A stretch of DNA of 43,981 nt, the filler included, from Sphacelaria rigidula (Eukaryota): assembly GCA_964200075.2 (NCBI GenBank). It is 2 parts of 2 records of this genome, joined end to end, with 100 filler letters (N's around TTAATTAATTAA, not from the genome) between each part and the next. Parts side by side here need not be neighbours in the genome. Positions count along the whole stretch, not along the records: positions 1 to 21,943 come from CAXNAA020000373.1; 1 more part is not named here. One strand, given 5' to 3'. The position numbers and the translations under genes are program-made. This document shows, piece after piece, positions 9,196 to 20,449 of this stretch; within the stretch, counting starts at the first letter, position 1; each line of letters begins with the position of its first letter. The notes under the pieces are model-generated. The model was not told where the DNA came from. It did no database searches and saw only the letters and a list, made by a program, of their open reading frames with translations.

Positions 9196-11097
9196 GTCGT
9201 CCCATTTATTCTGGGCGCCAGTCTACCCCTTTCGGGATATGTGGGCACATCAGCCACACAGGCGTCTGTACAGGTGGAAAATGAAGTTAAAAAAAGAAAG
9301 GCAAGCCAGACAACGCTTCAGACTGGCTACATCTTGCCCTGCTCGGGTAGCCGTTCATGGATGCGATCCGCTAAGCCAACGGATACAGCTTCCATCACCC
9401 AAGCCTTCTTACGGCACCCGCCGTTCCACGCCCCACATTCTCGAAACCCATGTCAATCCCCCCAAACCGCGAACTCGATATGTCGGCACAGGCGCTGGAG
9501 CGTACTCACGGGCTAGAGAATCCGCAGGCCGTATCGTGCTTCGTTCAAGAATTGCTCAACCTTCACCGGGGCCAGGGTCGGGACATATTATGGCGAGACA
9601 TCAACCGATGTCCCACAGAAGAAGATTACGAGTCCATGGTTCTCGACAGTGAGTTCCATGTAGGCGAATTTCAAAGCAAACGTAACGAACAGTTTCTTTT
9701 AGGTTCGAGCGTCGCTTGGGCGAAGAGGGAAAACGATCGAATGGCAGCGGTTAGGGGGGAGTTTGTCATTGTACACTAGCTCATCTCTAGTCCGACTTTT
9801 GTTACTCCCAAGAACTTCCATATTCTCAATCCCGCAGTTCCACTTATCGCGCGACCCATGGCGGTGCGAGACCTCAACCCTGTTTTGTGCTACCTTTCTC
9901 ACTGTCCCAATGCGCCTTCTGCCCTGCCGGACAGAGACAGGGGGACTGTTACGGCTGGCGGTCGGTTTGATGCAGCCATTCAGTGAAGACCGGCGGGATT
10001 ATACCCCGTTGCTCAATCAACTTGCTCTGTACTTTCAAATACGAGACGACTTGATTAACCTCGCCAGCGCCGAGTACATGAAGGCGAAGAGCTACTGCGA
10101 AGATCTGACGGTGAGGTGTTGGAGGTGTCGGAGATACGAGCTCGAGGTCGCGGTCTTCTTCAAAAGTTACAATAAATTCATCGTGCGTCAGGTCCTTTGT
10201 TGTCGACTAGTAACACTTGCTTCGAGACGGCGGTCACGTATTACACATGCCAACAGTTGAAGTATTTCCCCCCCAAATGCCGTACATCGCTTGAGTCCTG
10301 ATCTCCCCAATTTTCCGCCCTTGTTCCCCTTGCTGTGTTCTCGAAATGTTCCCAAGGAGGGTAAATTCTCGTTTCCCATTATTCACTGCGTGAGAGCTAG
10401 GCCGAACGACCACCGCCTCTTGAATATTCTCAGACAGAGAACGGATGACGTGGAAGTGAAGAAGCATGCCGTTTCATGGGTGCAACAGTCGGTGAGTTTG
10501 ATGGCGTGATTCGACTGCATGTTCACGCCGAGAAGAGGTGGTACACCTCGCCGGTATTTCCCTCGTGCAGTTGTGTAGTTTGTTTCGTTTCAACCGTGTT
10601 GCGCTGGCTAGCGCGAGGTCGGAAACAAGAAGTTCAACTGCCCGTGCTTTGAGTGCTTCATAGGCAGGATGGCTGAGACTTGAACTCGCATTCGGTATCA
10701 TTCGCATCCACGTTTGACTACCCCAAACCATCCGTCACCAGAGAGAATTGGCAGGGTCGGCAATCCCCAGCGCTCAACATTCCTCAACTTGAACGGTGAA
10801 ACACGGAATGACAATCTTTGTTCTCCACTCCGTGTCATGTCTCCACAGGGCTCTCTTGCCTATACTCGCGATCGACTAGTGAAACTGAAGGACAGCATAA
10901 CCTCCGCTATTTCTTCGCTCGGCGGACACTTGGGACTCAGCCGACTGATCGAAGGTTTAGATCGGCAGTTGGACGGATTGAATGTTGCGGCCACTCCGCC
11001 GTCTTCGGATAAAGGACGTGGAGGGGAAACAGCAAGCGGTAGCATCAGTACCAGCAGTGGCGAGGGGCAGGCGCCATTTACGCTTGAATCATTGTAA
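3598..11097 (+). CDS. GGPS1: Geranylgeranyl diphosphate synthase, type III (GGPS1/BTS1-like), 5'-partial, 6 exons in window
   Basis: join(3598-3674,4255-4363,9492-9648,9935-10110,10357-10491,10849-11097) = 903 nt, 300 aa plus stop. All introns are GT-AG and phases match. Motifs: [21 protein letters not shown] (FARM), [42 protein letters not shown] (SARM), [15 protein letters not shown]. Confidence 0.96.
4255..4363 (+). CDS. GGPS1: GGPPS exon with FARM DDIED
   Basis: gtag acceptor, gtgggg donor; [36 protein letters not shown]. Confidence 0.95.
5284..5515 (+). repeat. Interspersed repeat fragment shared with 36865-37115
   Basis: Shared blocks in the same order: cccgaagccgg, tttgaaata, ttttctacgacag, tccgacgacgccaaa, cgaaata, accgtttt. 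Confidence 0.75.
5630..5805. repeat. Minisatellite, about 40-bp unit with internal palindrome
   Basis: ttgc(g/a)cacgattctgaacagt occurs three times near 5683, 5722 and 5764, interleaved with agttgttt...aaacaact hairpins. Confidence 0.85.
5820..6063. mobile_element. Possible Tc1/mariner-type MITE
   Basis: TA-CAGGGTG at 5818-5826 and CACCCTG-TA at 6057-6065. The TIR match is only 7 bp plus TA. Confidence 0.5.
7788..8042. mobile_element. Foldback/palindromic MITE, about 255 bp
   Basis: Arms of about 100 bp are reverse complements (attcgtcggcc/ggccggcgaat; ggacaatgaaaagggca/tgccctattcattgtcc; ttttttccat/atggaaaaaa). Confidence 0.8.
8403..9030. mobile_element. Non-autonomous DNA transposon, hAT-like ends
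   Basis: TIR tagagttgttaactgg / ccagttcacaactcta (15/16). Subterminal AACTGG/CCAGTT motifs are dense at both ends. No 8-bp TSD is retained. Confidence 0.7.
9151..9194. repeat. (GT)22 microsatellite
   Basis: Read directly from the sequence. Confidence 0.98.
9492..9648 (+). CDS. GGPS1: GGPPS exon (ALERTH...LHRGQG...[13 protein letters not shown])
   Basis: acag acceptor, gtgagt donor. Confidence 0.95.
9935..10110 (+). CDS. GGPS1: GGPPS exon with KTGGL and SARM
   Basis: acag acceptor, gtgagg donor. Confidence 0.95.
10357..10491 (+). CDS. GGPS1: GGPPS exon ([10 protein letters not shown]...LRQRT)
   Basis: caag acceptor, gtgagt donor. Confidence 0.93.
10849..11097 (+). CDS. GGPS1: GGPPS last exon (GSLAYTR...LGGH...stop)
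   Basis: acag acceptor, TAA at 11095-11097. Confidence 0.92.
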   Translation, partial: GSLAYTRDRLVKLKDSITSAISSLGGHLGLSRLIEGLDRQLDGLNVAATPPSSDKGRGGETASGSISTSSGEGQAPFTLESL

Positions 11098-11280
11098 CGG
11101 CTGCTTTGCGCTATGGCATTTGTTTTGGGTTTCCTTTAGAACCAATAGTTTGGACACGAACGTCAAAACGGACATGTACATATTCCAAGTAAGAGCGAGA
11201 CAGCATTGGAAGTAGTATCGGGCAAAGATGCAGTTTCGATTCGGTTTTAGAGCATCAAGCTCAGCGCGTTTTGCCCATGG

Positions 11281-11705
11281 AACATGGGATTTTACAGATT
11301 GGGGACGGATTTTTCATTGAGGATGAGAAACCCGGAGAACCAAATCTTCGAAATATGGTTCCATTCCCCCACCTACTGGCAGCTATTGGCAACTTCTACA
11401 CGCCATACATATATGGATTTCGATGACCGAAATGTTGGGGGGTCCTGGATGAAGAACCAATTTCGAGGAATTTCGGCGATCTGATGGGATCATCTAAATT
11501 CCCCAAAATAGTTTGTTCACCTGGGACCCCAACATATCGATTACCAGGATCCAAATCTGTATGGCGTATAGTAGTTGTCGAAAGCCACAAGTAGGTGAAG
11601 GAATGGAACTTTATTTCCAAGATTTGGCGTGGATACGAAGATTTTAATTTCCCGGGTTCTCATCCTTAATAAAAGATCCATCCCCAATTTGTAAACTCCC
11701 GTGTT
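11281..11705. mobile_element. Fully palindromic MITE, about 425 bp (same family as 41141-41571)
   Basis: aacatgggattttacagattgggg pairs with ccccaatttgtaaactcccgtgtt, and the arms remain complementary to the centre near 11480. Flanks are ATGG/ATGT. Confidence 0.88.
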
Positions 11706-13135
11706 ATGTTGGTATGGACGTGGGAACTCAAACATCAATACGGGCAGAAGGATTCGAACTCCACGGAAGTGACGCTTCAAGTAGGGAGTTCACGCCGCCC
11801 CCTGGTCAGCAAGGCAAACACTTGCACGTTGATGCTGTTCTCCGGAGTATTTCCAATGTGAGGCCGTATCTCTCGTTTTTTTTCGACTCGAAAACATGCG
11901 GTCGAATCGAATTGGTCGCTACGAGGCCGTATCAGATACGTCCACGCCCTTCATGTTCCCCGATGGCTTCGATTCCATTTTATAACAATTTGCGCGGGAC
12001 GGGCAGGGTCGAAAACAGAAAAGCTTAGCTTTTTCGAGCGAAACGAGCGGCGGAAATGAGCGGAGGGATACATGATGAGTTCCATGTTGCAGACAACCAT
12101 GCCAGAAACCACCCTCTCACGGTACCATGCAAAACCCACCTGGTTCATTAGCAGCTACCAACTCAACCCTGCAGTGAGAGGGGACCAACACCACAACCCT
12201 CTTGGCATGGCGTGTTTCTTTTTTGTTGGCGAAAACTTGGGCATCTAATTTTGTGGCAGCGTCCACTGACGGAGTTAGTTGCATGTTGGGGTGGACGACC
12301 GAGTTGCGAACAAGCTCATGGAGCGCAGAGGGAGTGCAAAACTGCACGTGATCAAAATCTTCTCCGCATCCTCCTGTATGCAGAGTTGAGACAGCTCTGC
12401 TGTCTGTATGTCACGTCGCCCATTTATTTTCCACACCGCGCCTGCATGCTCTACGAAATACTATGCACAGGCGGCATGTACTTGCTGTACTGCTGTCTAT
12501 ATTTAATACAAGGAAATAAGTACCGCTTCACGAAGTTCGTTTCGCCTCTTCGATCCACAGCGTGCAAATTTTCTCGGACCCAAACACAGCAAAGCGAACT
12601 AAATCAATTCCGCCGCACGAACTCGTTCGAGTCGATTTTTTTTAGAAGACACGGGCTGGGAGAACGTGCCAGCAGCGGGACTTTGCGGGCACCGCGGTCA
12701 CGATGTCTCATCGCAGTACTCCCCCATCCACCCGCCCTTTCAATTATGGCAAGCAACTAATGAGTACGTCCGCCCCCCTCTACATCCTCTCGCCTGCCCT
12801 TGGAATTTGCCCACGGCCATACTCTACACTTCCCGCAAATGTGCAGGAAAGGCCTTGCGCTCTACTTCAAGTGACATTCGTACCCAGCTTTCCACCCATC
12901 ACGCTGGCACTCGCCCATCATGGTTCATGCCTGAAGATAATTTCAAGCCGGAATCAATACCACCTCGCAGCAACGAGTAGCAGCGACGTACAAGAGAAAT
13001 CATATCTCCGGCATCGCCTGCGCAGAAAATAACAGTCAGAACCGACCAACTAGACACGGGAAAAAAAAAAATCATCAGGAGACGTTGCCAACACCGAAAA
13101 TGATCATGTACCGCACCACCTTTTGGCACACATTG

Positions 13136-13246
13136 TCATGACTGCGGTTTTGATTGACCTGCCGCACTTGTTACCCTTGTCTTTTCCAGCTCTGCCCTAA
13201 GCTGGTTGCAGAAGTCATCATCCATGTCATCATCATCCCAATCATC
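13136..13246 (-). CDS. SEM1: SEM1 exon 3
   Basis: gcag acceptor, TGA at 13138-13136; the 3' end could be alternatively spliced. Confidence 0.9.
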   Translation of the reverse strand, partial: [36 protein letters not shown]

Positions 13247-16200
13247 CTGCAGGCAAGAAAATCACGAGGGTAGCAAGGAGAGAAGGACAAGGAAGGCCGC
13301 TAGATTTCTGTTGTGATTGACAAAAAAATTGCGGATGCGGGTTTCGTCAGACTAGTGCTCAATTCTCCATCGCCTCTGCATTGAGGTGACGTAGGATTCG
13401 CTGCACCTGCTGGGCAACCGACAGACATATCACCTTGTCTACAGCCCTGCACCAGTCCACACAATCCCCGGGAACTTACGCCATATGGTGCTACTGTACA
13501 GCAGAAATGGTGCCTGTATTTCAGGCGATGGACGTGCAACGGCGTCATCGAGACGTCATCACACGCAGGATATTGTGGACTAGATAAACTTTACCTGCCA
13601 CTGTTGAAGATCCTCCTGGTCTTCCGCCGACTCGTCCCAATTTGCCTCCGCGAATTCCTGGCATACAGAAAATAACAAGGAACCGTCAATTTTTCATTTT
13701 AGTGTAGGACCGGGTATTGCAGCTCGGATCTCCATATCTGAGAAAGGTCGTGCGTGGTCGAGCCCACGCGCCCAACACACTTCGGCCAATACTTGGGGTA
13801 CCTTTGGGTTGCCTTTTGGTCATCTTAGCAACAGTTTGCAAGGGACCCAGACTATCAAGGTGGTACGTGCGTGGTTCGCGGAGTTTTGCCCGTGTCTCAA
13901 CGTGCCTTCAAATTTCATCAACGCGCAGCGGCTAGAAATGACCCTCACCATTGGGTGACCCACGAGAAGACAAGTGCAATCGATACCCAACTCCCAAAAA
14001 TTGAAAACATCCAATGGTAATCCAAGGTGACGCCGAGAACCCGACCATCCGTTCATGCGCTGTACGCCAAGCACATCTCAGCCGAGAAACTCTTGGCGGA
14101 CGACGTCTGATTCACGAGACAGCACAGGAGCGGCATATCGCGTCCTCGAGATATGACTTGGAACTACACGATGGAAGTGAATATGAGCGGGTCAGGTTAC
14201 TCAGGAATCGCTTTCAGATATGTATAGCTTACGATTCCTAAAACGGTCCCCGATCCAGGCTATCATATTCCTGTCAAATATTGGGCTGTTGATTAGGCCT
14301 GTCTTAGCACGTTTTTTTTCGATCGAAAATAAAAGGTGCCTAGACACGCCCCTTAGCTTTCCATGTTGAACCCGAAAATCTAAAAAAACGCGGTCGTGAC
14401 AATCGCGAATGTACCGTTTGCGATTATCGCTCATTTTTTTGTGCATGAACAGCGAGCGGGATCAACATCGATAGGGCCGGGTGTGGGTTACCGCAACACA
14501 CACAGGAAGCGCATGAGTCGGTATCATTTTATCTTCAGCATGAAAAAGCTTAACTTCCAGGTGGGACACCGTGACAATCATAATCGTTGGCCACCTGTTT
14601 TTTTACTCAGCTACTGAACCTACCGATGTGCTGTGCCCTCAGACTTTCCGGGAACATACCGCACTACTGCGCTACACGATCGTGCTATACGCTCGAACAA
14701 AGGTGGAGTGACCATCGCAAGTGAGTTCTCATGCCCTCTTGACACAAAAACTGCGAGTCTCCCTGAGTGGCGGAGGCGGTGTCGGCGGTCGATGCTGGCA
14801 GCTCATCGGTCAGTGATGGAACAGGACTCATGACTCCAACCGTAAATTTCACATCACAAATCACCTCTCCGCAATCCATATCGTACAAGACAACACGTGA
14901 GATGTGTTTCTGTACATATACAAACTCTTGTTCCGGGCTTTTACAGTCACACACAAATCCAAACCCGAACCCAAGACAGGCAAAGAACACTCGGGCAATG
15001 GAGGTATACATGGTGCCCCAGCCTAAACGTATATGTCTTTGTTTGAAATCGGTATCTCTGGTGTTTTGACCCTCGGCGTGGATCACCTGGGTGTCAGACC
15101 ATCTCTCATGCGACCCATTCAAATCAAAATCGCGACCGATTGTGAACGAAATGTGTTAGGGCGTAACTCATGGAACAACATCAGTGACGATTTTGAAGAG
15201 AGATGACCCACACGGTTTTGAATTTTGGTCAGCGTGCAGGTTTCTGATCCAAATGGGCACTCAACCTTTGAATTCCGAGCCGAAATGCAGGAACTGCAGC
15301 CCAAACACACTCACACCCTCCCATGTGCTGTGGTTGTTACTGTACTGTGGTGCGTTAGGACCGTGCGAAGGCGGTTTCATCTCCGTTGAAGGTTACTTGA
15401 GCTACCGTACCAATGTTGTGTTTCGCTCTGTTCTAGATAATTGTAGTCGGCGCGCAGTGCTGTGTGTTCGTTCGAATCCTACGAAGACGGTTTGGTTTGC
15501 GCTTGGGATTACTCCTTCTGTCACTGTTCTTGTGTCCCGGTCAGCACAAAAGTCGTAGCACGCAGTGCTGTCCACACACTGGTGAAAACGTCATGGCGTG
15601 TTGGCTGTCGTATCTTATGTAACACGAATAAGGTGCTTCGTGCCCACACCCATTTCTCCGCTGTAATTGCCGCCTTTTATTGTTGTGCGTTTGCACCCTA
15701 AGGACATGATTTGAGTTGCGTTGGAGATCGCCTGAGCTGTGCTGTTGTTGTGTCCCGGTCTATGCAGAATTGGGATGGGTGCAGCCCGTTGGTTCGACAT
15801 CTCTGGTGCTGGTACAAGACAAGACGCGACAACGAAGCCCAACACCTACACACCAAGCCCCGAAAAAATAAGCACAGATGGCCACCACCCATGCGCATTA
15901 GGTCCACCGCTAGCCCTTGCTCGTTTAACACAGCAGTCTTTGTTTGACGGTAATCCGTTCAGTATTGAAGGAAGGATGGCCGCATGCGTATCAGTTTCAA
16001 CCGAAAGCGTGCCGGTGCTGATCCTCATTTGTGGGTGTTTTCGGCGTGTTTGTGTGACGCACTTGTGTTTCTTGGTGACATCTGAATCTATTTCACCAGA
16101 GCGAAGCACATTGAGCTCAGTTGATCAGCAGCTACAGCTTGATCTATATGCCTTTTGTTCGCGGGGTAGTGGGGTCGGTAGGGCTCTCAGTTTCACGTGT

Positions 16201-19200
16201 TATTGTGTTGGGTTGTGTATCACACCGCTGCATGTGCCCTACGTTTACGTTCTCTTCGAGTAGACATATTGCCAGTTCACGCGAAGCGATTTTTCCGGCC
16301 TCCTTGGGGGGTGGTATTACACCGATCGATCACGGGTGGACAGATTTTGAGCAAACATTTTTTTCTGCCTCAATAAGACACTGTATTATTTCAGCCCATC
16401 AGAAGGCGTAAAACCTATGCGATCTTCTCCCCTGGCATCATCTTCGCAAGTAGTTGCCAGGAGGATTGCACAGTATGGCAGAAGACGGTTCGATCGCATC
16501 CATGGGCACAGTCAAAGGCGGCTTACAGCTCGAGATGGCGAATCTTCAGGCACGGACCTAGGTCCCTGTTCATTCGTCTCTCAGTTCATCACCGCTTCCC
16601 ACTGCCGCCCGATCCAAGGCGGAGACAACGACGAGGACACACATGGAAAATGGGCTTTCTCATAGCACCGCCATGTCATCTACATGGGGAGATGCACAGC
16701 AGTGTAGGTGAACGTGCTTTGATCGCGCCCATGCGCGTGGGCAACGATATCTTACAGCTCGAGACAACGAATTCTGGAAGTTGGGATGAGCGCCTGCTCG
16801 GTGAATAAATGGGCAGCGCTCACTATTTTTTGCGGCGACTTTCAGTGGTTTCATCTACTACTCTGCGCATGATTTGAACTGAAATTAATTAGTAACCCAA
16901 AAATAAATCCAAAAGCGAGGGAAAGGTCAAGAGAATAGAGGGGTGAGAGGCTTCCTCAGACTTGGGTAGTGGTGCGGTGAAACAAACACACCAGGTCTGT
17001 AAGAAGAAAAAATACAAGACAACAGAAAGAAAATGAAGAAAAAGAAAAAGAGGAAAAGAAAGGAACTACGTGGATATCACGGGAGTCAAACAGCCCAAAG
17101 TACCCTCTAAGAAAAACATCAATGTAGACGCACTAGCGAGTGTATTACGCGAGGGCCTGTTCATTACGTTTCGGTGGTCCTCGATAGACATAGAGGGAAC
17201 TATAGCGGTAACACAGCAAACCGTTACTCAGCATGGTGCGCCTTGCTCCAGGTTGTCATGTACATCTTCCGAGTTCGTACTCGTAGTCCCTTCGCGATCC
17301 GGTACTGTAAAGGCTGGTTCGCCTAAGCAGCTCACTTTCCTTCAGCCCGTTCTAACCAACCATTGATCGCGAGTTGTGCCTACTATGACACATCGTGGTA
17401 ATCGGCAAATCAGCGCGCGTCTTCAAATTCATGTAGCACTGCGATTCGACAAGGTCTCGTTAAACGAAATACCAAACTGTAGTCAAGTGTGAAAGTGTAG
17501 AGAGCTGAGGGTACTATGTGCGGCGGAATTACCCAAAAGAAAACGGCGAAGATTGGATTTTCGCGTACAGTCGGTTGTGCCGCGTGGTGCCGCACAAGCT
17601 GTAGCACAATTCCCGAGCTCAAGTTTCAGTCGTTTTCGATGACTTTTTGACATGATGCACAGGAGGCATCTGCAAACACCCCTTCGTTCCTCCCGTGTTT
17701 TTTATTATTTATTTTCTTCGTCAATTACCGGCGACAGAATATTTCAGAACAGCTTCTCGGAACAAAATTCAAAATTGCCAATAACTCACGAAGAGAGAAA
17801 AAACAAACAGGGGGGGGGGGAGGGGAAAGGGGTCGGCGTACACACGTCCTGTATATGTGTCAAATTTTCATCGAAAACACCTTGAAATTGAACAGCATAA
17901 GTGCGTTTGAATTATTCGTAACGGGTAAACCTCGATATACTATAGAAACCGGTTGTCGATGGAATGACGCATTTACTTCGCTCAATTTTGGATCGTTTCC
18001 GATGAAATTTTGACACGATGCACAGGATGTATGTGCGAGTACCGAACCTTTCCCCATATGTTTTTTTTGTCTACGTGATTTATTGGCAACGGAACATTTC
18101 AGAACAGTTATTTCGGAACAAAATTGCCAATAACTCACGAAGAAGAAAAAATAACATAGTGGGAAGAGTTTGGTATTCGCACATACATCCTGTACATCGT
18201 GTCAAAATTTCATCGAAAACGATCCGAAATTGAGCGAAGTAGATGCGTTTAAACATTCCTGGTGGCTTCTTGGGGGGCCCCGCCTATGCACTAAGATAAC
18301 CACAACGCCAGCAGGATATTGCCTCTCATCTTGGCCCAGCGAAAGGTCTACGTAAAACTAATAGGTGGAACAGACCATAAACGCTATTGTATTGTGTATC
18401 GCCGGTTGTTCATGGGTGCTGCTAATGTGAGTGGCAGTACAGTAGTCAGCGTCAGAAGCATGCAGAATTCGTAATTTCTTAGTTTCTCAAAGATTGTAAA
18501 AATTTGTTTCGCTTGCCACCGCCCATCAGAGTGACTGTTGGATGCCAAAAAATGGGCAATCGGAGATATTTCAACCCTCTTCCTCAATATATTGAAAGAA
18601 AAAATATCTGCGATCGATATTGAGTAACTTACGGGCTTGACCGATCTTCGGGGGTGCTGCAAAAATGCGACCCCAGGCTCTAGCTTTTCGGTATTTTTCG
18701 GTGGATCGACTCGATCCCGATCATATAAGTGAAGACTCTAAAAGGATTGTTTCTTTGAAATCCTACCTAGACACTGCGCTAAAGCCGGAAAATTATGATT
18801 CTTGGACCATTTACGGTCGATAACACCCTCCTGATAAACGGGATCTTTTGCCCGGTATCGCCCCCACAGCACCAACTTGGGCAATTGTGATTCGAGCACG
18901 ATTTGCTTATTTTGCCAAAACTATCGACGCTACGATACGTAGCACTTTCGAGTGCTCATGGAAAATGTATGCGAAAACCCCCCGAAAATAGGCCATCCGC
19001 AGAGAATGCTAGACTGAGGTCTGTGCAGTATAGGAGGGAAACACGATCTCGATCGTTTTTGTGAAGAATTTTATACGTATTCATTCATCTGAATATTTAC
19101 CGTTTCGTCGCGGAAGAGCGGGAAAACTGCTTATGTTGGACCAAAACGGTAAAAAACACCCTCCTGATAAATGGGGTATCAAGTCCGTATCGCCCCGAAA

Positions 19201-19654
19201 ACACCGACTTGAGCACTGCAGTTGGAGCGCGGCCTACGCTTTCCCCCTAAATCTACCGGCGCTAGCACTTTCAGGTAGTAGTTAAGAATACTACTCCAGA
19301 AAAACTCAGAAGCTACAACAACTACCAATTCTGAAAACTTCTGATGCTGACTACTATACGACGGTGTACATCCAGCGACCCTCCTGTTATGAATGCGTAT
19401 GTACAGTATGCACCTTACTCTCTGATGTACTCTCATGTGTTCGCTGCGTCCTTGTCTCGGAGTTCGCTAGAGGCCGCACCAACAACTACTGGAACGAATG
19501 GGGGGAATATCCGTGCTGTGCTATGCCTTTGCACTAACGGCACCGAAAAAATAACGTAGCCAAACATGACTCAACCGTAGCCTACCTCGAACTCATCATC
19601 CTCCTCCAGTACTTCCGTCACGGGCACCTTCTCCTTGTCCTTTTCGTCCGCCAT
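13136..19654 (-). CDS. SEM1: 26S proteasome / TREX-2 subunit SEM1 (DSS1), 80 aa, 3 exons
   Basis: complement(join(19586-19654,13595-13657,13136-13246)) = [80 protein letters not shown]. It carries the hallmark [10 protein letters not shown] and WxDDWDDD...DDFxxQLRAELE motifs. Introns are phase-0 GT-AG. Confidence 0.96.
13595..13657 (-). CDS. SEM1: SEM1 exon 2
   Basis: ccag acceptor, gtaaag donor. Confidence 0.95.
17617..17893. mobile_element. Palindromic MITE, older copy (same family as 17961-18259)
   Basis: Arms ttttcgatgactttttgaca / tgtcaaattttcatcgaaaa. Shares the loop atttcagaacag...cggaacaaaatt with the adjacent copy. Confidence 0.75.
17961..18259. mobile_element. Palindromic MITE, about 300 bp
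   Basis: Arms of about 120 bp: acgcatttacttcgctcaattttggatcgtttccgatgaaattttgacacgatg / catcgtgtcaaaatttcatcgaaaacgatccgaaattgagcgaagtagatgcgt. Confidence 0.88.
18700..19280. repeat. Degenerate direct duplication, about 333-bp period
   Basis: aacaccctcctgataaa at 18822 and 19155. ttggacca, gtatcgcccc and tagcactttc are also repeated. Confidence 0.75.
19586..19654 (-). CDS. SEM1: SEM1 exon 1
   Basis: ATG at 19654, gtaggc donor. Confidence 0.93.
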
Positions 19655-20449
19655 ATCTCGAGAAGACGCCCACCACTCCTAAGCTCTCTGCGGTTTCCGA
19701 GGATCTTCTTGTCTCTCTGCTCTCCTCCGATGCAGTACCGTGCCGTAAAACCAGTATGCAATAGCAAATGTTCGATTATGTACCTGTGTATAAGACTCAG
19801 ATACCACCGCAAATTCACCCTACCGCAACGAACTAGCCAGGGGCCTTACGCTGGCAGCAGCGTTGCCAGCAGGTTCGCGATGGCTCATAGGATCAATATA
19901 TTGATCCAGACCCGCAGTCGATGGTATGTTGTTTTGAGAAATGACTACTAGGGATATATTCCTAAGGGTGTCGGCCTAGGTTCTCCCGGAGCAGAAAAGT
20001 TTCTGTAGTTCGTATTTACCCGGTGGCCACGTGGGCTTGGAGCTCGGAGAAGAAGGCTGAAGCGAACGAACGGGGATTCACAATATGTCGCTTGCTCCAG
20101 GATGGACCTCCTACAGGGCAGCTGATGGAAAGGTCAGTTTTCAATTTTATTGCTTCTTCCAACACCCTCCTATAGAATAGGAGAATTGAGATGACGGAGG
20201 ATTTATTTCGGCGATGAAGGCGCAGGAAACGCACAACATTCAATACTTCATGGCGGGGTGCCGAAGCTGTACGCAGTGCTCTCCACGGAGGCGTGGTGTG
20301 TTTCTTCTGCTGCTATCGAGGATAGGAGGGATGGCTGAAAACTAGCGTACTTCTGAATGAAGTGCAGAAGAAGGGTGCTTCATTTCCGTCTAGTAAAGCG
20401 ATGATCGACCTAGGTCAACGAATATACCAACACACCGACTCTATTAGCA

